DNA of 64,000 nucleotides, from contig OY759353.1 of NCBI GenBank assembly GCA_963662315.1, forward strand, positions 480,001-544,000, given 5' to 3'. The notes beneath the pieces are model-generated. The model was not told the DNA's origin, did no database searches, and saw only the letters and a program-made list of their open reading frames with translations. This stretch comes from Geopsychrobacteraceae bacterium (GTDB lineage: Bacteria > Desulfobacterota > Desulfuromonadia > Desulfuromonadales > Geopsychrobacteraceae). Position numbers and translations under genes: made by a program. Positions 58,996-64,000 of the stretch are shown in pieces (position 1 is the first letter of the stretch; each line of letters begins with the position of its first letter).

Positions 58996-59627
58996 TCCAG
59001 GCTTTAGGGACGATCAAAAAAATTGATCGTCAGGCAAGCTCGGCGCAATTACATATTCGCACTGAACTGGTTAAGCAGGATCTTGAACTCGGTGAAAGCA
59101 TTGCTGTTAATGGTGTTTGTCTTACCGTTGTTTCATGGGATTATGAAAGCTTTGCCGTTGATGTTTCTCCGGAAACCCTTGAGCGTTCTACTCTTGGGAA
59201 TTTGCAATCTGGTCAGAGTGTCAATCTTGAGCGGGCGTTGCGATTGTGTGATCGTCTCGGTGGGCACCTGGTTAGCGGGCATATCGATTGTATCGCCATG
59301 GTGCGTAAGCGTTACGATGATGGCAACGTCGTCCGGTTCGAGTTTGCCGTTGGTCAGGATGCCATGCGCTATGTCGTGGAAAAAGGGTCCATTGCCGTTG
59401 ATGGCATCAGTCTTACTGTCAATAGCGTATCCGCTGATTCTTTCGGGGTGGCAGTCATCCCTCACTCTCTGGCTATGACGACACTTCAGCAGCGGCGCGA
59501 AGGGGCACAGGTTAATATTGAAACAGATATTCTCGGACGCTATGTCGAAAAGTTATTAGGGCAGGGGGGCAAGGGTGAATCTCGGGGTGTCAGCCTTGAC
59601 TTTCTTGCCAAAAACGGCTTTCTGTGA
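58980..59627 (+). CDS. ribE: Riboflavin synthase
   Basis: MFTGLI, SIAVNGVCLTV, GGHLVSGHID and KGSIAVDGISLT motifs. Confidence 0.97.
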   Translation: MFTGLIQALGTIKKIDRQASSAQLHIRTELVKQDLELGESIAVNGVCLTVVSWDYESFAVDVSPETLERSTLGNLQSGQSVNLERALRLCDRLGGHLVSGHIDCIAMVRKRYDDGNVVRFEFAVGQDAMRYVVEKGSIAVDGISLTVNSVSADSFGVAVIPHSLAMTTLQQRREGAQVNIETDILGRYVEKLLGQGGKGESRGVSLDFLAKNGFL

Positions 59628-59803
59628 GATAACACCCCATTACGTGGATGCCGAACTGCAGGACATGCTGTTCCCCTGGTTCCCTGATATTTGTATATTT
59701 ATTATTATGTTGCCGGAAGCTCTGCGCCTTGTACAGGCTGTTTTCCGGTTTTAAAGGCGAGCCCACGAGCTACTCAGAAAGTTCGGAAGATTATAAGGAA
59801 AAA

Positions 59804-61012
59804 ATGATGCCAATTGCAAAAATTGAAGCTGCTCTGGAAGATATCCGTCAGGGTAAAATGGTTATTCTTGTTGATGATGAAGATCGTGAAAATGAAGGCG
59901 ATTTGGTCATTGCTGCCGAACTGGCAACTCCGGAAATTATAAATTTTATGGCTCGCGAGGGTCGGGGACTGATCTGTCTCTCGCTCACCGAAGAACGTGC
60001 TGATGAACTAGACCTCCCATTGATGGTCAGTGATAACAGCAGCTCTTTTGGTACCGCTTTCACCATTTCTATCGAGGCTCGTCACGGGGTCACAACCGGC
60101 ATTTCTGCCGCTGATCGGGCTCATACTATTCTGGTGGCAGTCGCTGATGAAACTACGGCTCATGATCTGGCCAGACCTGGGCATGTGTTTCCGCTAAGAG
60201 CCCGTAATGGTGGTGTGATGGTTCGTGCGGGGCAAACAGAAGGGTCAGTCGATCTTGCGCGGTTGGCTGGTCTTAAGCCTGCCGGAGTCATTTGTGAAAT
60301 CATGAATGATGACGGAACCATGGCGCGTATGCCACAGCTCGAGGTCTTTGCTAAAAAGCATGATCTGAAAATTATTTCGATAGCGGACCTTGTCGCCTAC
60401 CGGATGCGCAAAGAGTTGTTGGTGCGTCGAGCCGCAGAAACTCATCTGCCGACCCCGTTTGGTGGTGATTTCAGGGCTGTTGTTTATGAAAATGATGTTG
60501 ATCACGCTCAGCATATCGCCTTGGTCAAAGGGAAGATTGATCCTGAAAAGCCGGTTCTGGTCAGGGTTCATTCTGAATGTCTGACTGGTGACGTGTTCGG
60601 CTCCCAGCGCTGTGACTGTGGTGAGCAACTGCATGCCGCGATGGCCCAAATCTCCAAAGAGGGAAGTGGTGTCGTCCTCTATATGCGTCAGGAAGGGCGC
60701 GGTATTGGTCTGGTCAACAAGATAAAAGCATATGCTTTACAGGATCAGGGACAGGATACCGTTGAAGCTAACCATTCTCTCGGGTTTGATGATGATCTGC
60801 GTGACTATGGGCTAGGGGCTCAGATCCTGAGTGAACTGGGGATCAAGAAATTACGTCTGATGACAAATAATCCTAAAAAAATAGTAGGTCTTCAGGGGTA
60901 TGGTTTGGAAATTGTTGAGCGTGTCGCTATCGAGATGCCGCCACACACTACAAATCTGAAGTATCTGAAGACCAAGCGTGAAAAAATGGGGCATCTGCTG
61001 GACAAGCTCTAG
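59804..61012 (+). CDS. ribBA: Bifunctional DHBP synthase/GTP cyclohydrolase II
   Basis: [38 protein letters not shown] and TNNP; AAGGA RBS. Confidence 0.98.
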   Translation: MMPIAKIEAALEDIRQGKMVILVDDEDRENEGDLVIAAELATPEIINFMAREGRGLICLSLTEERADELDLPLMVSDNSSSFGTAFTISIEARHGVTTGISAADRAHTILVAVADETTAHDLARPGHVFPLRARNGGVMVRAGQTEGSVDLARLAGLKPAGVICEIMNDDGTMARMPQLEVFAKKHDLKIISIADLVAYRMRKELLVRRAAETHLPTPFGGDFRAVVYENDVDHAQHIALVKGKIDPEKPVLVRVHSECLTGDVFGSQRCDCGEQLHAAMAQISKEGSGVVLYMRQEGRGIGLVNKIKAYALQDQGQDTVEANHSLGFDDDLRDYGLGAQILSELGIKKLRLMTNNPKKIVGLQGYGLEIVERVAIEMPPHTTNLKYLKTKREKMGHLLDKL

Positions 61013-61113
61013 CAAGTTGTTGGAATGGTCTGCCAATTTGCAGGTCGACCTATTTTGTTGCGCTGATTGACTCAACATTCTGAAAGTTGGAAATATATAA
61101 AGAGGAGATAAAA

Positions 61114-61581
61114 ATGCCGAAGATTATTGAAGGTACGTTCGAAGCCAGGGGGTATCGCTTTGGTTTGATCGTCAGCCGTTTTAATAGTTTTATTTGTGAT
61201 CGTCTTGTTGAGGGTGCTGTTGATACACTGGTTCGACACGGCGCTGAGGATGCTAATCTTACCTTGGTTAAGGTTCCGGGTGCTTTCGAATTGCCGTTGG
61301 TGGCAAAAAAAATGGCACACTCTGGAAAGTACGATGCGCTTATCTGTCTTGGCGCTGTTATCAGAGGAGGCACACCGCATTTTGAATATGTCAGCTCTGA
61401 AATGACCAAAGGAATTGCCTCGGCTTCAATGGAGTCCGGGCTCCCTATCGCTTTTGGTGTCCTGACAACTGACTCGATCGAGCAGGCGATTGAGCGTGCC
61501 GGAACCAAAGCGGGTAATAAGGGTGTTGAGGCGGCAATGAGTGCAATTGAAATGGTCAATCTTATCGGAGCAGTAGGTTAA
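61114..61581 (+). CDS. ribH: 6,7-dimethyl-8-ribityllumazine synthase
   Basis: [21 protein letters not shown] and GNKG motifs. Confidence 0.98.
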   Translation: MPKIIEGTFEARGYRFGLIVSRFNSFICDRLVEGAVDTLVRHGAEDANLTLVKVPGAFELPLVAKKMAHSGKYDALICLGAVIRGGTPHFEYVSSEMTKGIASASMESGLPIAFGVLTTDSIEQAIERAGTKAGNKGVEAAMSAIEMVNLIGAVG

Positions 61582-61583
61582 AC

Positions 61584-62054
61584 ATGCCATACAATCGGCG
61601 GATTGGGCGCGAATGTGCCCTTAAAATGCTTTATTCCCTTAAAGTTGATCGCGATCAGGTAGATCCGGGTAAGGTGCTCGATTCTTTCTGGAGCCAATTT
61701 CGTTTTGCTGATGATGCTTTAGGTGAACCGTTGGAAACAGCCGATGCTCCACTTGCGTCGTCAACTCGGCTTTTTGCCGAGACGCTGGTTAAGGGTGTTG
61801 TTGAGTACCGTGCGGTGATTGACCGTAAAATTGCAGAGGTTGCTAAAAACTGGTCAGTTGACAGAATGACCCCGGTTGATCTGTCCATATTGCGTATGGC
61901 TGGATATGAGCTGCTCTATCATCCTGAAATCCCAGTGAATGTTACTATTAATGAAGCGATCGAGATTGCCAAACGCTATGGCACTGAAGAGTCGGCTTCA
62001 TTTATTAATGGCCTGCTTGATAAGATTGCCCAGGGTGTTGAAAAATCCAAGTAA
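61584..62054 (+). CDS. nusB: Transcription antitermination factor NusB
   Basis: RRIGRE, NWSVDRM, INEAIEIAKRY and FINGLLD; follows ribH. Confidence 0.96.
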   Translation: MPYNRRIGRECALKMLYSLKVDRDQVDPGKVLDSFWSQFRFADDALGEPLETADAPLASSTRLFAETLVKGVVEYRAVIDRKIAEVAKNWSVDRMTPVDLSILRMAGYELLYHPEIPVNVTINEAIEIAKRYGTEESASFINGLLDKIAQGVEKSK

Positions 62055-62095
62055 TGTTCCCTATGAAACTGTTTTGAATGAGAATTGAGGGTGTT

Positions 62096-63406
62096 ATGAG
62101 TGTGATTAAAGTTGGTCTGCTTGGTTTTGGTACCATAGGGACCGGTGTTATCAGAGTTTTTCAGAAGAATAGTGATGTTATTCGTGAACGTCTTGGTTAC
62201 GCTGTAGAGCTTGTCAAAGTCTGTGATCTCGATATTACTACTGATCGTGGCGTTGTTCTTGCCCCCGGTGTCCTTACCACTAATGTTGACGATGTGATAA
62301 GTAACCCCGATATTGACATTGTTATTGAGCTCATCGGCGGCTATGAGCCAGCTAAAACCTTTATTTTGAAGGCAATTGCCCAGGGAAAACATATTGTTAC
62401 AGCAAATAAGGCCTTAATGGCTCTGCATGGTCAGGAAATCGTCTCTGCGGCCAGTAAATCAGGCGTCGGGGTTATGTTTGAAGCTGCCGTTGGCGGCGGG
62501 ATTCCGATTATCTCGGCAATTAAGGAAAATCTCTGCGCTAACCGCTTTGTTTCTGTCCTTGGAATTCTCAACGGAACGTGTAACTTCATCCTGACTAAAA
62601 TGACCGAAGAGGGGGGCGATTTCGAACCCGTACTCAAGGAAGCCCAGGCCCTCGGCTATGCCGAAGCAGATCCTACGTTCGATGTTGAAGGGATTGATAC
62701 TGCACATAAGCTTTCGCTGCTCTCATCATTATGTTTCGGCACTACAGTCGATTTTGATCAGGTCTATACTGAAGGAATCAGTAAAATATCCTCTATTGAT
62801 ATTCAATTCGCTCGTCAGATGGGCTACAAGATCAAACTTCTTGCCATCGGCAAAATGGATGGTAATGGGATAGAGGTCAGAGTTCATCCGACCATGATCC
62901 CAGAAGATTATCAGCTTGCTGAGGTTGATGGCGTATTTAATGCCGTGCGCCTGACCGGAGATTTTGTCGGTCCGACAATGCTTTACGGTAGCGGGGCAGG
63001 TATGGATGCGACTGCCAGCGCTGTGATGGGCGATGTTATGTCAATTTGCCGGGACCAAGCTGCAGGGATTAAATCGCGTGTGCCAATCATGGGCTATTGC
63101 TCGGATGCCGTGAAAACTTTACCGATTAAAAAGATGAGTGAGGTTGAAAGCCATTATTACCTGCGCTTTACCTGTGTTGATCGTTCCGGAGTTCTGGCTA
63201 AAATTGCTGGTTGCTTAGGTCAGCACAATATCAGCATTCAATCGATGATTCAGCCGGATGAACATGAAGAGAATTCGGTGCCTATCGTGCTGATGACTCA
63301 TCGTGCGTTGGAGGCCGATGTTGTAAAGGCATTGTCTGAAATCAACCAGATGGACATTGTCACTCAGGAAACCTTCCTGATGCGCGTTGAGAATGAACTC
63401 GGTTAA
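62096..63406 (+). CDS. hom: Homoserine dehydrogenase with C-terminal ACT domain
   Basis: GFGTIG, VTANK, EAAVGGGIP, GILNGTCNFIL and GYAEADPT motifs. Confidence 0.97.
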   Translation: MSVIKVGLLGFGTIGTGVIRVFQKNSDVIRERLGYAVELVKVCDLDITTDRGVVLAPGVLTTNVDDVISNPDIDIVIELIGGYEPAKTFILKAIAQGKHIVTANKALMALHGQEIVSAASKSGVGVMFEAAVGGGIPIISAIKENLCANRFVSVLGILNGTCNFILTKMTEEGGDFEPVLKEAQALGYAEADPTFDVEGIDTAHKLSLLSSLCFGTTVDFDQVYTEGISKISSIDIQFARQMGYKIKLLAIGKMDGNGIEVRVHPTMIPEDYQLAEVDGVFNAVRLTGDFVGPTMLYGSGAGMDATASAVMGDVMSICRDQAAGIKSRVPIMGYCSDAVKTLPIKKMSEVESHYYLRFTCVDRSGVLAKIAGCLGQHNISIQSMIQPDEHEENSVPIVLMTHRALEADVVKALSEINQMDIVTQETFLMRVENELG

Positions 63407-63433
63407 TTGATGTCTTTGTGTTGGATCTCCCCC

Positions 63434-63465
63434 AAAGACCGCATTTATTTATGCGGTCTTTTTTT
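63434..63465. terminator. Terminator between convergent hom and the acyl-CoA synthetase gene
   Basis: 11-bp stem AAAGACCGCAT/ATGCGGTCTTT plus T run. Confidence 0.85.
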
Positions 63466-63481
63466 ACGGTCGATCTTAGTG

Positions 63482-64000
63482 TCAGTTGGTTGAAATTTCC
63501 GGTTCGACGATATAGCGTTTTATTTTACGGGTTGTTGTCTTCGGGAATTCATCTTCTCTTAAGGTAAACTTCTTGACGCGTTTGTAGTCGGCTAAGTCCT
63601 TACCGTAAATCTGGATTTCTTTGCGGATCAGGTCTTCAATTTCGGCTGCTGACAGTGCGCCACTAGAACGTTCCTTGCTCAGGGCAAACAGGGCTTCTTC
63701 ATTGGGAAATATAACTGCGTAAACCTCTTCCGCAGTGCGGCCGACTTTGTGACCATAAACCATGATCTCGGCAATGTAAGGACTTTTTAGCAGCTGATTT
63801 TCTATCTCTTCCGGGTATACATTTTTACCGTTAGGCGTAACAATAAGGTTTTTCACCCGGCCACAGATAACCAACATCCCCTCTTCGTCGAAGCGGCCCA
63901 AATCTCCCGTGTGGTACCAGCCGTCTCTAAGGACCTCCGCAGTTGCCTGTGGATTATTGTAGTAACCCTGCATAACATTGGGTCCTTTGACGACAATTTC
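63482..64000 (-). CDS. Long-chain fatty acid--CoA ligase (AMP-binding), 3' part only
   Basis: Frame open to the window edge (EIVVKGPNVMQGYY); GWYHTGDLG, GRVKNLIV, GKNVYPEEIE and PKTTTRKIKR. Confidence 0.9.
   Translation of the reverse strand, partial: EIVVKGPNVMQGYYNNPQATAEVLRDGWYHTGDLGRFDEEGMLVICGRVKNLIVTPNGKNVYPEEIENQLLKSPYIAEIMVYGHKVGRTAEEVYAVIFPNEEALFALSKERSSGALSAAEIEDLIRKEIQIYGKDLADYKRVKKFTLREDEFPKTTTRKIKRYIVEPEISTN

Noticed and set aside
59648..59803. Long N-terminal extensions in the ORF track (ribBA, also the DUF4388 gene, leuS, mazG, USP and Tgl-like)
   Set aside because: Downstream starts have clear RBSs and match family N-termini.
48897..63406. fab-glyA-nrdR-rib-nusB-hom block as a novel system
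   Set aside because: Ordinary conserved housekeeping gene order.

Overview
This 64-kb window is mostly core chromosome of roughly 50% GC. Protein sequences and gene order suggest a Desulfuromonadales/Geobacter-related deltaproteobacterium (inference). In order it carries: (1) rdgB-ndk-rlmN-mtnP-pfkB, a hypothetical gene, a Tgl/PilW-like TPR lipoprotein, a zinc-ribbon/receiver protein and a PNP; (2) USP, a receiver-kinase hybrid, an FAD oxidoreductase, YhaM, an MBL hydrolase, coaBC, an antisense Zn-phospholipase C/P1-like gene and a family-4 UDG; (3) a 15-30 kb block with sbcD-sbcC-addB-like-addA-like, a retropepsin-like protein missing its catalytic motif, asmA and glutathione reductase; (4) holB-ricT-metG-tatD/radical SAM on the minus strand, divergent from rnc-era-der, a DUF4388-like protein, two orphan receivers, infA, leuS-lptE-holA, rpsT, murJ, fxsA and mazG; (5) yceD-rpmF-plsX-fab-rpiB-glyA-dCMP deaminase-nrdR-rib-nusB-hom and the 3' end of an acyl-CoA synthetase. 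I saw no rRNA, tRNA, CRISPR array, transposase or prophage, and no unmistakable new system. The best leads are a phased DnaA-box-like array between fxsA and mazG, a probable remnant chemosensory locus, the pseudo-protease, the glutathione reductase, and the Tgl/OrfA/zinc-ribbon-receiver module. All family calls come from motif recognition by eye; no database searches were run.
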